This document shows, piece after piece, positions 13,001-26,480 of a stretch of 64,000 bases of DNA. The stretch covers positions 868,001 to 932,000 of the forward strand of contig JBHGNT010000018.1 in the NCBI GenBank assembly GCA_043228905.1, given 5' to 3'. The notes under the pieces are model-generated. The model searched no databases. It worked only from the letters and a program-made list of their open reading frames with translations, and had not been told where the DNA came from. Position 1 is the first letter of the stretch, and every line of letters begins with the position of its first letter. This DNA is from Azolla caroliniana. Its lineage: Eukaryota; Plantae; Polypodiophyta. Made by a program: the position numbers and the translations under genes.

Positions 13001-15301
13001 GTATAGAAAATTTGGCAAATGTCATGGGAATGTAATAGTGTATAGGCTAGAATATTGTTAAATATTGAGGTTCATATCGCAATGTTGGGCAATATTTATT
13101 GCAACAAGAAGGATCTTGAAGGCAAGGCTACTTTGTCAATATCCTACAATGCATCTTAATCTTAGCTAAATATTGCTATTGCTATTGAGTTCTTTAGAGC
13201 CTCATGGGGCTGACATTTTCGATTTTTTATCAATATTGTTAACTACTCCAGAGCAACCAGAACCAGTTTGAGACTGACCACGAATCAAAGAATGAAGAAT
13301 ACTATTATTTATGAGATTACCATGAACCAATAAGGAGATGTTAGAAGAAAGAAGTGATATTAAAGAAGTGCTCAAAGAAAATACTTGGCAACCCGCATAT
13401 ATCTTCAAACTTCTCCATTCAATATCTACTCTTTGTTTGTCTCTCCTTCAAGTGAATGATTTCTTTATTTTAATGTTTTCTGCCTTTAGATACAGATATT
13501 CGTACTGATGCTTTATAGAATGACAATATGGGATTTTCGTCTATATAATGTGTATATTAGTTTCTTCAAATATTTTAAACTTATCTCATGTTATGAGAAA
13601 TGTCTCGTCACCTACAGGTACTACCCAATTTTTCTGCTACAGTACAACCCATGTTTTATGTAGAATCATGGTCACATTTTCCTAAGGAGAGGGATCGACT
13701 TTTAAAACTCATTGAAGATACAAATGTAATGCAACATAGTGATTTGTGCAATAAAATTCAATCTTCAAGCTAACCATTAATCAGACCCAAATATATCACT
13801 GCATTGGTTTTTCATTTTCTAGTATGTGTGCATGTAACAGACAAGTGGAGTACTATTCATCAGTGGAGATGTTCATTTCTCTGAAATTACACGATTCGAT
13901 TGTGGTGTAAGTTACCCCTTGTATGAAATTACGTCCAGTGGGATAACTCATGCTGTTGAAAATGCTGTTGCACCTTGGCTTTCATTTCTTCTTAGATTTG
14001 CAGCACGGTTGACCCCGAGTACCTTGAGGGTTTTTGGGTCGAACTGCAGATACAGGTCATGTGTTTATGGTAATGGAAATCTCAAAACTATTGCTATTCT
14101 ATCGAACTATCCCAACATGTCTGTTTATTCTCTTATGTGAAACATAACCTTTTTACCTGAAATACAATAATGAGAAAAACATATTCAAAAATACCCTTTA
14201 CATTGGGTTATACATATATAAAAAGCATCCATATAGTTGCCTTGGTCAAGAATGGAAAACTAATTATCCTTAACTTAAAATATTTAGGTCTGGGCCTTTT
14301 TTCTCTTTGACTAAGGTTGGTTGTAGTTTGATCTTTTAAAATCTGAAAGGATAGTTTTTTATATATGTATAACACACAATATGAAAAGTATTTTTCAAAC
14401 TTACCCTAAATGGCAGGAAAACACAATTTTGGATATGCATGAAACTTTTGAACTAGTTTTACCTTGCAGGATTTTCTTATTGCTTCAGTGCATTAGAGGG
14501 GATAAAACCATGTACTTAATTTTTCAGGAAAACCCAACTTTGGAACGATTGAGGTCAACTGGGATGTTGATCCAGTGTTAATCATTGCTGAGGTTCATGA
14601 TGTTAATGGAATCCGAGTTCTTGGCGAGACAATAGAGCTCTCACAATTACAACCTACTGAACATGTACACACAAATTTACGATATGGAAGGAGACATTGT
14701 AAATCAGAGATGGACTTGGCATGGTTGTCCAGACATTGTCTCGCCATTGTGCTCTTTGTAAGCCTATCAGGTACAACTCGTTATATTTGATATGGTAAAC
14801 ACAAGTGTTTTAATTATTATTATTTAGGATTTAGTCTGGTGGACATTATTTTGACCATTGTGTTCCTGGGGAGACAACCCATTTATTGATAATCAACAAC
14901 CCATTGTACAAGTAGGCAATTTTTGGACCATTACACTGTTGGGTAGCCAACCCGTTTAGTGAATATGGACAACACTGGTGCTTTTGATTTAGGATTTGTC
15001 CTAGTGGATATGTTCTTGGCCATTGTATTCTTGGGAACTTTAGTAAGTACAAGTCATTATTTAATATGCCCCAATTTAGGGTTTTAGCTTGCCATAATTT
15101 AGGAGTTCAACATCGACCACTGCTCTTGGTTGCTGCAAATGGCAATATACCCCTATTAAGAAAAAATTAAACACTGGTATATTATTTTGAGTTTTGAAAG
15201 GTATTACTACTGTTCCTGCAGGATTTGCATTGCTTCCGATACTATGTATCTGTTGCATTGTGGTGCAGATGAGAAAGCAATTCAAAACAAAACTTGCATG
15301 A
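6619..15301 (+). CDS. PhoD-like alkaline phosphatase / metallophosphoesterase, 9 exons, N-terminal hydrophobic signal and C-terminal TM segment
   Basis: Exons 6619 (start ATG uncertain)-6861, 10372-10599, 10716-10837, 10913-10973, 11323-11463, 13618-13725, 13841-14069, 14528-14770 and 15201 (or 15222)-15301. Motifs [56 protein letters not shown] and [10 protein letters not shown] are present. Intron 3 requires a GC donor. Confidence 0.9.
6943..7009. repeat. compound (TG)n(AG)n microsatellite in PhoD intron 1
   Basis: Directly visible. Confidence 0.95.
7560..8650 (-). mobile_element. degenerate LINE reverse-transcriptase fragment in PhoD intron 1
   Basis: The minus strand near 7795-7830 reads [10 protein letters not shown], followed by LDCFC...NLEKTKTM (late RT domains). 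Many stops and frameshifts. Confidence 0.7.
8698..8962. repeat. near-perfect ~120-bp direct duplication (period 145) with a 26-bp internal segment copied at the junction
   Basis: GGTATGAACAGTTTTGGGGTATGTTCATGGG...GAGGGGATTGAGG occurs at 8698 and 8843. Confidence 0.9.
10006..10128. repeat. 61-bp tandem duplication
   Basis: GATGAAAGTACAATGATGTAGTGTCCATAGATACAAGTGCAGAGGGAA.AATTTAAAAAAT occurs twice. Confidence 0.92.
11533..11579 (+). mobile_element. 47-bp 5'-truncated retroposon insertion with 13-bp TSD
   Basis: TSD TGTGATGTCTAGT lies at 11520-11532 and 11580-11592. The insert matches ~4422-4465 and ends A-rich. Confidence 0.8.
12030..12980 (+). mobile_element. internally deleted, degenerate copy of the microsatellite-tailed LINE family (PhoD intron 5)
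   Basis: [20 protein letters not shown] matches [20 protein letters not shown] of the 31.8-35.9 kb LINE. It carries the family 3' end GGTCCCGCAGGTCATATTTAACCTCTGAAG. Confidence 0.8.
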
Positions 15302-15519
15302 TAAGTTTACCTGCCTTAATCATCATACTTGTCTAGTTATATGTACTAATAATATGCCACATTGATCCAAATGTACAATATATTACCATTTTAACCCAAG
15401 AACATATAAATGACCTTTACAAATGTAGATATGGATAATTTTGTATGAACTTCTGGAAACTGAAAATGTCTTTATTTGTTTTATACGTGCGTGTGCATGT
15501 GTGTGTGAGAGAGAGAGGA

Positions 15520-15848
15520 GATCTGCTGGAAGCAGTGTTAATGCATGAAAGATAGTGATCTAGATGGTATCCACGTCTATTAATGTTGCTGTTTAGTCAC
15601 CACCCTGTGTTTTCCTTCTCTACTAATTGTGTAATGTACAAGTTTGATTGGAGCGGGCTATTCAAATGTGTGTGTGTGTGTTATAGCATGTGTGAAGAGA
15701 CTGGCTTGAGACATTGTTAATGCATGAAAGATAGTGATCTAGATGGTCTCCACATCTATTTATTATTGCTTGATGGCCACCCCATATTTTTCTTCTCTAT
15801 TACTTTGTAATGTACAAATTTGATCAAAGATTGCTCATTCAAATGTGG
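15520..15848. repeat. ~180-bp diverged tandem duplication downstream of PhoD
   Basis: GTTAATGCATGAAAGATAGTGATCTAGATGGT.TCCAC...TGTAATGTACAA.TTTGAT...ATTCAAATGTG occurs at ~15537 and ~15716. Confidence 0.85.
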
Positions 15849-18800
15849 GTTGCAATCGAGTTAGTGGCAACTTCCTAGAGGAAGGGGAGAGGAAATAATA
15901 CCAAATGTAATGTTTTAGATCAGATTTGCAGAGATTCGTTGATTTTGCCTTGGTACTTCCGCAATCAGCAGTTGGATAATTGTTCTATTTAAGAGTGAAT
16001 TTGGATATACAAGTGATGAAGAATGTAAAATGAGATGTATGTGTAAGGTGAAAAGGTGAAAAGCCTAGCCAAAAACTTTAAGCATAAAGCATAATTCAAA
16101 GAGAAGGGGTAACGTTGTCTACATACATTCATTTGTGTATATGTATTCAATTGCTCCTCTTTTTTGTGTACAAATGGGATCTTTTCTAAGGTGTTTTTAA
16201 CATTGTGATCATCAAGTTATTGGTTATTACATTGTTTTGTGTATGTAACCTAGTTTATTCAATACCTAGATGCTTGCAAAGCTAACAAACTAGTACATCA
16301 CCCAAAATGCATTTGCAATAACCTCTTCTATGTAGTTTAACTAACTTGATTTAATTTTGTGCTTAACTATGGATTTGAGGCTTGCATATATGTATACCAG
16401 GAGTTTAGTAACAGTCATCAGCAATTATCAAGTGTCTTGAAGCAATGAAATTGATCATAATGGGAATCTTAATATGAACGAGTCCCTAGTATTGTAGTGG
16501 TATTAGTTGTGCTTTTTTATGTTTAATAGGAAATTGCATGAATTCATGTAAAAAGCTTGTTCTATTTAAGGATTTCATTATTGTATATCAATGAATCAAT
16601 TAGAATGTTGGCAAGGGGCAAAAGAAGAAATACTTGTGAAGAAATGAATTGACATTATTTGAACAGGTTGTACCAAGCTCTTTTGGGATTGTGAGTCCAG
16701 AAAGAAAAGACAATATATGATCTACATTGCAATTTTATCACACATTGACGAGGTTGAAGAAAAAATTGGAATCGTGTTCATGTGTAGATTTAGCTATATG
16801 TATACATATTGGCATAATGGATAGGGATCAAGTACTAAAGATACATATGCATATTTGTGTGTGAAATATGCACATACGAACCAATTAGAATTGTCCTACT
16901 CTAGGTAAAGATGCTAATTATTTTGTTTGTTGGAGTAAAGCCTACATTTGACCCACATTACATTTTCACTATGACAACCTCATGAATATGAAGTCATAAT
17001 ACGTGGGGAGCATCTAGATATTGTCATTTGATGTATAAAGGCAAAGCCCTCATGTTGTGCTCTTGATGCATTATTGCTTTCTCTCTTATAGAGAACCTAA
17101 TCCATTGTGCGATCTAGTTTCCTTTTAAAGTGATGTTATTTTTACTCGACATCAATGTCAAACTTTGTAAGACTGGTTTTTAGGAGCACATTGAAATGCA
17201 TCAAACCCATTGTATGTGAATGTGTCAACCCATCTTCAGACTTGAACCCACTATTGTAATGTTTGAAAGCACATACATTTGAACTTTAGAATTCCAATAA
17301 AAATTATCTCATGAAGATATAGCCCATCATTTGTGAAAGCAATACCATATACATCTTGCAAGAGATGCTTTATACATCACCACATTGTGCCACACAATAC
17401 ATAATGATTTTATTTTCGTCATGGTCTCTTTACCTTGAAAATTTCTAACAAAAAGCTTTGACAAAGCTCCAAAAATCAACCTTTTCAAGACATTACAACC
17501 TTCTAGTTACTTTTAAATGTAAAATGGGATAACAAATTATACAAAGTGCACATGGGTTTTGCTAGGCTATACCTTATGATTGTCAAATTTTGAGAAAATT
17601 GTCAAATTTTGAAGCCTATTTCTTATATAAAGATGGAACTAAACAATTATCAATTCAATCATAAGCCACATAAGGAGCTTGATGCAGTAAGATGTAATCA
17701 AATGTCAATATAATAACAACTTTTAAGTAAGCCATATCAATTTAGAAATGCTTATATCTCACAAAAGTAATGAACTTAAAAGAGTGAACTGATATGATGA
17801 CAACACTTTGGGGACGAGGGAGAGAGAAAGCACATGCATAACATCAATACTTAACCTTTATTCCTTAGTTATTCTTTTATATTGTCCACAAGTGACTCTC
17901 TCTCTCTCTCTCGAGTTTTTTAAAATTGAGATATTTAAGAAATCATATTGCAATAGTTAGATAGGGGGCTTCAATTTGTTATTTTTGCAAGTTTAGATCA
18001 AAATAAATGTGAATAGAACAAGGAGGTTGGATGCTAGTCATAGCTCACATGGCTTATAGTGAATTAAAATAGTGAGCAAATAAAACAAGTTGAAAGGTTT
18101 GCACATGGCATTGCCTTACAGATTTCCAAGGATAAAGGGTCATTTAACAATAGCAAGTTCCAATGATGAAGGATTATTGAGAGAGATTAGGGAAAGATAA
18201 ATTACATCCTAAAGAAAAACATGGACAGATTTGCGCTTTGTACATCGTGTATGAGAATATACACTTTCCCATGAATTACTATTTATAGATTTAAACGATA
18301 TGCGCTTGTACATCATTTGATGGCGAAGTCGTTGCCTTATAAAGAACACAAGGTTGTGAGGTCAAGGCTCAAGCATCAATGATGAAGATGTGTCCATTTC
18401 AAGAACTTTTCACATATTCATAACGGTTGTGTATTGATCACGTGTTCATCATTGGCGGACTTCATAATTCAATGTGAGTACATCTCAAAATTCAAACGCT
18501 CATGTTTGATACATAAAAAGTGTGATGCAAATATGAATGACCACCAGAATTGAGATACAACGGAAGTCTTTGTGCGAATACGAAGAGAGACAGCAAATGG
18601 GAGAAGGGAACAACACATTGATGTATCACCCGAACAACACATGACAAAAGCAAAAGCAAAACAATTATCCATATCGATGTTTCGCCCAACATCACTCTAC
18701 AAAGGTAAAACGGATGGATACATGTGCCAAATGTATACGGTATCGCTTAACAAGAACACACTAGAGAAGCGAAAATGCATATACACGTTGATGTATTGCC

Positions 18801-19065
18801 CAACAGTACACCGCAGAAGCAAAATGTGGATATAATAAGTATACGAGAGGATTAGTAAGTACACACTACAAAAGCAAAATGGATATGTATAACTTATAAG
18901 TATATGTATACCAGAGGATTGGTACTAACGGACTCGTGTGTAGTGTGTGCGTGCGTGTGTTACAGATGTAGTGTTGTGCATAAGTGTGAACAAGGACATC
19001 CTTCTTCTTTTGCTTCTTCTTCTTCTTTTTATACGACACTTTTAGCATGAGAAGAAGCTTGCAAT

Positions 19066-19157
19066 ATTAACAAAAACAAGAGACAAAGATGGAGAGAGAG
19101 AGAGAGAGAGAGACGAAAGAAAAAGAGACAATATTAACAAAAGCTAGAGAAAAGCAT

Positions 19158-19188
<31 letters not shown>

Positions 19189-19399
19189 TAACAAAACCTA
19201 GAGAAAAGCAGAGAGAGAGAGAAACAGAGGAAAGAAAAAGAGACAACATTAACAAAAGCTAGAGAAAAGCAGAGAGAGAGAGAGAGACAGAAAGAAAGAA
19301 AAAGAGACAACATTAACAAAAGCTAGAGAAAAGCATAGAGAGAGAGAGAGAGAGAGAAAGAGAAACAGGGGAAAGAGGAAGAGACAAGATTTGAGAGGG

Positions 19400-19437
<38 letters not shown>

Positions 19438-19530
19438 GAGGAAAGAAAAGGAGACAATATTAACAAAAACTAGAGAAAAGCATAGAGAGAGAGAGAGAGA
19501 GAAACAGGGGAAAGAGGAAGAGACAAAATC
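19066..19530. repeat. minisatellite of ~6 units (ATTAACAAAA.CTAGAGAAAAGCA + variable (AG)n + AAAGAGACAA) upstream of PYD1
   Basis: Units start at ~19066, 19132, 19187, 19248, 19312 and 19458. Confidence 0.9.
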
Positions 19531-19777
19531 AAGATTTGTATCTGTATGTATGTGTGTGTGTGTATATATATATATATATGTATATCAGTGGAGGCAATAT
19601 TCTCCAACTACCTACCTCTGGAGTCTGTATATACATACAGACATACATTCTGCACAATTAGATACAGACAGACAGAAGAGAAACCAGAAAAGCTTCATCA
19701 AATAGTCCTTACATCCATAGATATATATACATACATACACACACACACACATACATCTCTAGAATTGTTCTTCATCC

Positions 19778-22700
19778 ATGGCCGGCCTCCGCCTCAACTC
19801 TCAGCCTCTCTCCAATCGCTCTGAGACCTTCCAGATTCTTCCCGGCCGGCAAACCCTTGTCAATTGTGCACCCAAATTCTTACGGTTCCCTGATTGCCAC
19901 CCAAGCGTGAAATGTGCACCCAAATTAGGGTTCTCTGATGGGCGGACAAGAACGAAATGGGTTGTCTCTGCTGCCCATACCGATTCTTCTTCTTCGTTGA
20001 CATCCTCGGGAGCCGATCTCAGTGTTACAGTGAATGGTCTCCGCCTTCCAAATCCTTTTGTTATCGGTTCAGGTCCCCCTGGTACCAATTACACTGTCAT
20101 GAAAAAAGCTTTTGATGAAGGTTGGGGAGGTGTCATCGCTAAAACGGTAGGCATATAACCCCAAGATTTTCATCTTGTCTTGACCTGGTCCTCTTTTTTC
20201 TTTTCTTTTTATATCAATAAAACAATAATAGACGTATACATGCCTGATCTTTGATTTTTGAATCTGGTTTTTATTTATATGTATGTATCATAAAACAATA
20301 TAATCTTAACATTAATCCTTCATTTGATCTGATCCCTTTTTTCCTCTTGTTCATGTTCTAATAAAACAATGAGATTGCTAACCCTAATGTTCCCTATCTC
20401 TAATATTTGATATTTCATCTGATTTTGTCCCTTTTTTATGTGTTGATGAAAAACCCTCATTTCTATGTAACCTTAATCTTTCATTTTGATTTGATTTCTT
20501 TTCCTCTCTTTCCTTCTTGTAATTGATAAAAGGATGAGATTTTTAACCCAAAATGGAAACAAGAAGAGAAGTGAGCTCTCGTCCCACATGGGAAAATGTA
20601 TAATATCTTGATATATTCATGCAATGATGTTAAATTATTTGTGACTGAAAAGTTTCAAATCTCTCAAGGTCAAGTTATTATATGCAAAATTGTCAGCAAA
20701 TTTTTAACTTTCTTAATGCATTATGTTAAATAGGTTTCCTTGGACTCCTCGAAAGTCATTAATGTCACTCCTCGGTATGCAAGAATGCATGCCTCTTCAG
20801 GCACATTACCGAAAGAAGTGATTGGTTGGCAGAATATTGAGTTAATCAGTGACCGGCCCTTTGAGACAATGTTGGCTGAGATGAAGCAACTCAAAGAGGA
20901 ATATCCTGATCGCATTCTCATTGCATCTATAATGGAAGAGTATAACAAGAGTGCTTGGGAAGAGATCATAGAGCGAGTGGAAGAAACTGGAGTTGTAAGA
21001 AAATTCTAAACTTGCCTCTTCTTCCTTCATGTGCCATTGCTTCATTTAACAAGATATTACATGCAATGTATTGCCTGCTATTTGTGAACTTACCGATTAA
21101 GTAATCTTGAGCTATTAACTAAAGAGAGAAAGTAATAATATGCTCTAAAAATCATTCGACAACTATAAAGGGAGATTGGTTCAAACACTTGAGAGTGAAA
21201 GGTTGCTACCAAACCAACATTTTGGCCTTTCAAAAATATAAGCAATTCTCTGAAAACTGTGTTTGATGTGAACTAACTATCTATGTGCTTAATGCAATGC
21301 TGATTTTCTAAGAGGTCAAATTGTTTTTCGGATGGTAGGATGCATTTGAGATCAATTTCTCATGCCCACATGGGATGCCGGAACGTAAAATGGGGGCTGC
21401 AGTTGGTCAAGATTGTGATTTGCTTCAGGAAGTATGTGGCTGGATCAATGCAAAAGCAACAATACCAGTTTGGGCTAAAATGACTCCGAATATTACAGAC
21501 ATTACCCAGGTCTGTGAATGGTAGAAACATATTAATTTAATCCTTTCTCCTATATGTGTCTTTTTTTGCCTTAATACTGCTTCCTTTGCAATTAGTAGCT
21601 TAATAAGATTAGGAAGGCTATTTATGGGTTTTCCCAAGTTTCTATGCTAAATATTCTCTATGCCTCACCTATTGAGAGGTCTTAACTGATGCGAAAGCAT
21701 TCAATTGACATGTCTAACTTGTGGGATTAATGGTAGAAAGATGAGCTATATATGTGAGCCTAATTTAGAAAAGCAACTATATGTAGGCAATGCGTGAGTC
21801 TTGTATTTTTAATTCACTCCTCAACATCTTAGTGATCCTTTCTTGATTCTCTTCCAAATTCCCTTGCAATTTTCTTAACATTGTAAGAGGCAAATGTCTT
21901 TTGATGCTTCCTTCTTGTGAATTTTTTAATGTTGTTACCTCTCCTATAAAGTACATGCTAATGTTTGATTCAACCTTGAGATGTGCAACATGCTAGGAGA
22001 GCAACATCCTTTTCTTGCAAAGCATATTGTTATATTGATCTTGCCTTCCAAAGCTAGATATTTGTATGTTTGAAAGTGTGAGAGGCTAAGTGTGTAATAT
22101 GTTTTTTTTGTAGAGAATGCTATTATTGCCGAGTAGGTGGTAAAGTAGGTTGGTCAATTATATATAGTGGCAAAGCATGAGAAATTGTATTTTATGTGGT
22201 ATGTTGGATTAAATTGGTTAGAGAGCTATACTACCCCAATAGTAGTAATGATAGTGGTAAGTATTTACATGGTCACAAATAGTGTAATGCTGGTTGTATT
22301 GCTTTTTTTGGATAGAATAGCCTGCTCGTGTTGCTCTCAGAGAAGGATGTGAGGGTATTGCTGCCATTAATACCATCATGAGTGTTATGGGCATCAATCT
22401 CGATAGTCTGCGCCCTGAACCGTGTGTAGAAGGGTAACCATTTTTCGTACCTTAACTCATTTTAACTTCTTTTTTTCGCTTCTCTCTTTCTCAGTCTCGT
22501 GCTTGTATAACAATCACAAGAATCATTCCGTAATATACATCTACCCCATGCATTAAGATCATTATCATGGATCTTTAGGGAAGAACCTAGAGCTTTTATT
22601 TTGTTTTAATATGGATAACTTAGAATTCACCCATATTTGTGATCATTATTTGTGTCATAGGCCAATTTCAACATCTAATAGATGTTATCTCTCTCTCTAA

Positions 22701-25700
22701 TATGCCGAATCATCGATTACCACATCTTGCTTGGAATGTTGGATGTAAGCTACAAAAGAATCATAAGAGTAAAATTCTCTTATCCGGTTGGGTTGTTGAC
22801 ATAAGAAAATGGTTCAAAAGATGCGACATGGATGATCTTTTAGAGCTTTCGGACTTAATGTATTAATTACCTTGCATGATGTGCTCGTATTAAACGAAAT
22901 GTGAGTAGATTTGACCCCTCGCTGCAGTAAAAAATGTTGACTGATGAGGGAGAACCTCTTACATATAAAGAGGCACAGGCATGTGAGCACAACAATAAGT
23001 GGGAGGTTGCTATGCAGGAAGAGACGAAGGCTTAGCATTCAAATAATTCTTGGGACTTGCTTGAACTGCCCAAAGGAAGGAAAGCTATACCTAACAATTG
23101 GGTATATAAAATCAAGACTGTTGATGGCAAACCGAAGTATAAAGCAAGGTTGGTTGCAAAAGGATATGCTCAAACTAAGGGCATAGATTTCCAAGAAGTG
23201 TTTTCTCTTGTGGTAAAAATGACCACTTTGCGAGTCCTATTTGCTATAGTGACTGCACTTGATCTGGAATTAGACCAAATGGATGTACATACAACTTTTT
23301 TGCATGGTGACATTGATGAAGAGCTTTACATGAAACAGCCTGAGGGCTTTGTTATTCCTGGAAGGAACATTTGGTATGTAAGCTCAATATAAGTTGGTAT
23401 GGCCTGAATCAAGCTTCTAGACAATGGTACAAATGTTTGCTGCTTTTATGCTCAAACATGGGTACAAAAGAAGCCATGTTGATCATTGTGTGTACACTAA
23501 AAGAGATCAAAATGGCAGCCCAATCATTCTAGCACTATATGTAGATGATATGCTCATTGCTGCCAAGAAAAGGAGTATTGTTGATGTCCTTAAAAAGCAG
23601 CTGAAATCTGCATTTTCAATGAAAGACCTTGGGGAGCTGACCATGTATTTGGAGTAAGAATTAGTAGACAAAGGGACCAGCACACATTGTATTTATCTCA
23701 GGAAAAATACATTGAAAAGGTGTTGGACAGATTTTGTATGGCTGATGCAAAGCCTCTTGGAGTGCCATTATAGACATATGATGAAATCTCTAAGGATGAT
23801 TGTCCTAAGACACAAGAAGCATTCAATGACATTCAAGGTGTACCTTATGCTTCAACTTGTAGTTCACTTATGTATACTATGGTTGCTACTAGATCTATAT
23901 TGCCTATGCAATGAGAGTTGTAAGCCGATTCATGGCTAATCCAAGCAAGGCACATTGGAATGCAGTAGTGTCCATTATGAGATACTTAAAAGGGACTAAA
24001 AATAAATGCCTTTGTTATGGAAAAGACCCATTAGAGTTGAAGGATTTCTATGACTCTGACATGGCAGGTGATGTGAATACACGGAAATCCATAAGTGGTA
24101 ATGTATTCATACTTGCAGGTGGTGTTGTATCATGGTGTAGTAGGCTGCAAAAGGTTGTTGCTTTGTCCACTACCGAGGCTTAATATATTTCAGCCATTGA
24201 GGCTTCCAAGGAAGCGATATGGTTAGCACATCTCTGCAGTGAGTTTGGTTTGCCCGAAAAGGCACCCACGCTTGGTTGTGATAGCCAAAGTGCCATCTGT
24301 TTGGCAAAGAATGCAATGTTTCATGCACACACAAAACATATGGATGTGCGATATCACTTCATTCGAGAAGTGCTTGAGGATGGCCTTATCACATTGATAA
24401 AGGTCCACACATCACAAAACCTTGCAGATGTACTCACCAAGTGCTTAACCAAAGCACAACATTAGATATGTATACAGATGGTAGGAGTTATGTTGCTTAA
24501 AGGCGTCATTTATGCCTTTAAGTGGGAGGTTGTTGGGATAGGCCCTAAATGAACCCTTATAGTGTGTGCATGTGTATAGGCCTATTTATAAAGGCCAATG
24601 GTCACTTATCACTTTTTTGTTATTTTCGGGTCAAATTCAGTGTGAACTTGGCCAACCCTAAATGGGTCACATAAAACATAAGTTAAGAACTTTTGGATCT
24701 CACTTCAAAAGGTGAGCTCCTCTAACTCTCTCTGGGAAGTAAAACAATGTTCAATGCCATGGTAACTCAAGTATTGCTTTATGGAGTAGAAATATGGGGT
24801 GGCACCATCTCTCTTAATGCATGGAATGAGATTGGGAAGATTCAAATGATGTTTTTAAGGAGACAATTAGGAGTTAAATGCACTACCTCTTACCAGGTTA
24901 TGCTCTTGGAAACAGGTGTTCAACCCATAGAACTATTGGCACTCCAAAGCGTATATAAATACATTACAAAAGTTAAGAATATGCCGAATCATCGATTACC
25001 ACATCTTGCTTAGAATGTTGGATGTAAGTTACAAAAGAATCATAAAAGTAAGATTCTCTCATCCGGTTGGGTTGTTGACATAAGGAAATGGTTTAGAAGA
25101 TGGGGTATGGATGATCTTTTAGAGCTTTCGGGCAATGCAATGCAGTATGTAATGATTGAGGAAAGGTTGGTGGAATCATTAAGAATGAAATGGGAAGATG
25201 CTGAGAGTACAAAGCTAGAATATTACATTGCAAATGTCAACCCTGAATGTTGGTCTCAATATAATGCAAGAATGCCTATTGATCGTATCTAACCTTATCT
25301 CATTACCAATATGAGAGTAGTAATGGTCGTAGAGCCATCACACTGCTTCGCTCTCGATCTTACAAGTTAGATATTGAAGTTGCATCATGGTATCAAAATG
25401 TAATGAACTTGAAGACATGCAAAGTATGCAATGAAGGCATGGTAGAGGATGAATGTCACTTGCTCTTCACATGCTCGGCATATAGTGCAATTTGTTCAAG
25501 ATATGATGACATATTAAGGAGTGATAACTTAAGTGTCATACTTAAGACACCGCCTAGAAGGTTGAGCTCATATGTGCATGCCTTATTCACGGATAGAGAC
25601 ATTGTGCTTCAATGTATGAATACCCCTTTTTAGGAAGGAGACACATATCAAGAACACGTGTATACTTTGGTCCCATAGGTCATATTTGGCCTCTTTATGG

Positions 25701-26480
25701 ACGATAAAAATTCTAATTCTTTCTCTCTCTCTCTCTCTCCCATTTACTTAATTTTTTTTTAAATACCTTAATGAGTTATCCTTTCATGATTTACAAAATC
25801 TATTATGCAGTTATTCTACACCAGGTGGTTACTCATCAAAAGCTGTGAGGCCTATTGCACTAGCAAAGGTAATGTCCATTGCTCAAATGATGAAGAAAGA
25901 ATTCCCAGGTCAAGGCCGATCACTCTCTGGTATTGGTGGAGTAGAAACAGGTTATAATGCTGCTGAGTTCTTGTTACTTGGAGCTGATACTGTACAGGTC
26001 AGTTTCTTGGTGGGTTTGAATATGTATAATGTGCATGCGTGTGTGTATGTATGTGTTATTGGAATATGGATATTAGATACATTTTCATACATGATACTCT
26101 GGTTTTTTATCGAACATGTGTTGATTAACAGGTGTGCACCGGTGTAATGCTACATGGATATGGTCATGTTAAACAGTTATGCGCAGAACTACAGTCCTTC
26201 ATGGAGAAACATAATTTCAAAACAATCGATGATTTCCGAGGGTAATTGGCCTGTCTTGAAGTATGTATGAACCATTATTCATTGTTAGAAGGCTATATTT
26301 TTTATTTCTTTTTGTTTAATCAGGGCTTCACTAGAATATTTCACCACACATACTGATCTTGTTCGCCGCCAACAAGAGGCAATTCAGAAGAAGAAGGCTA
26401 TCCGTCTTGGTTTAGCATCTGACAAAGAGTGGACAGGTGATGGATTTGTGAAGCAGACAGAGACAATGGTATCAAACTAG
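19778..26480 (+). CDS. PYD1: plastid dihydropyrimidine dehydrogenase (uracil catabolism), 7 exons
   Basis: Exons 19778-20146, 20734-20994, 21339-21509, 22321-22433, 25811-25997, 26132-26241 and 26324-26480. A transit peptide is followed by LPNPFVIGSGPPGTNY, GWQNIELISDRP, EINFSCPHGMPER, WAKMTPNITD, AINTIMS, GGYSSKAVRPIAL and SGIGGVE, ending DKEWTGDGFVKQTETMVSN*. Confidence 0.95.
22698..22853 (+). mobile_element. short LINE fragment following a (CT)n run in PYD1 intron 4
   Basis: Close match to ~24977-25132 (NMPNHRLPHLAWNVGCKLQKNHKSKILLSGWVVDIRKWF). Confidence 0.8.
22855..24730 (+). mobile_element. Ty1/Copia LTR retrotransposon remnant (RT + RNase H + PPT + start of 3' LTR)
   Basis: Motifs WVYKIK..YKARLVAKGY, QMDVHTTFLHG, LYVDDMLI, DSDMAGD, ALSTTEA and HTKHMDVRYHFIRE, with stops and frameshifts. 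PPT AAGTGGGAGG is followed by TGTTGGG at 24531. Confidence 0.92.
24733..25740 (+). mobile_element. 5'-truncated LINE (3' ORF2 with CCHC zinc knuckle, stem-loop 3' end, (AATTCT)/(CT)n tail)
   Basis: VTQVLLYGVEIWG, CKVCNEGMVEDECHLLFTC, then AGGTCATATTTGGCCTCTTTATGGACGATAAAAATTCTAATTCT(CT)n. Confidence 0.88.

Noticed and set aside
19066-19530. CRISPR-like repeat/spacer appearance
   Set aside because: The 'spacers' are (AG)n microsatellites, the context is eukaryotic, and there are no cas genes.
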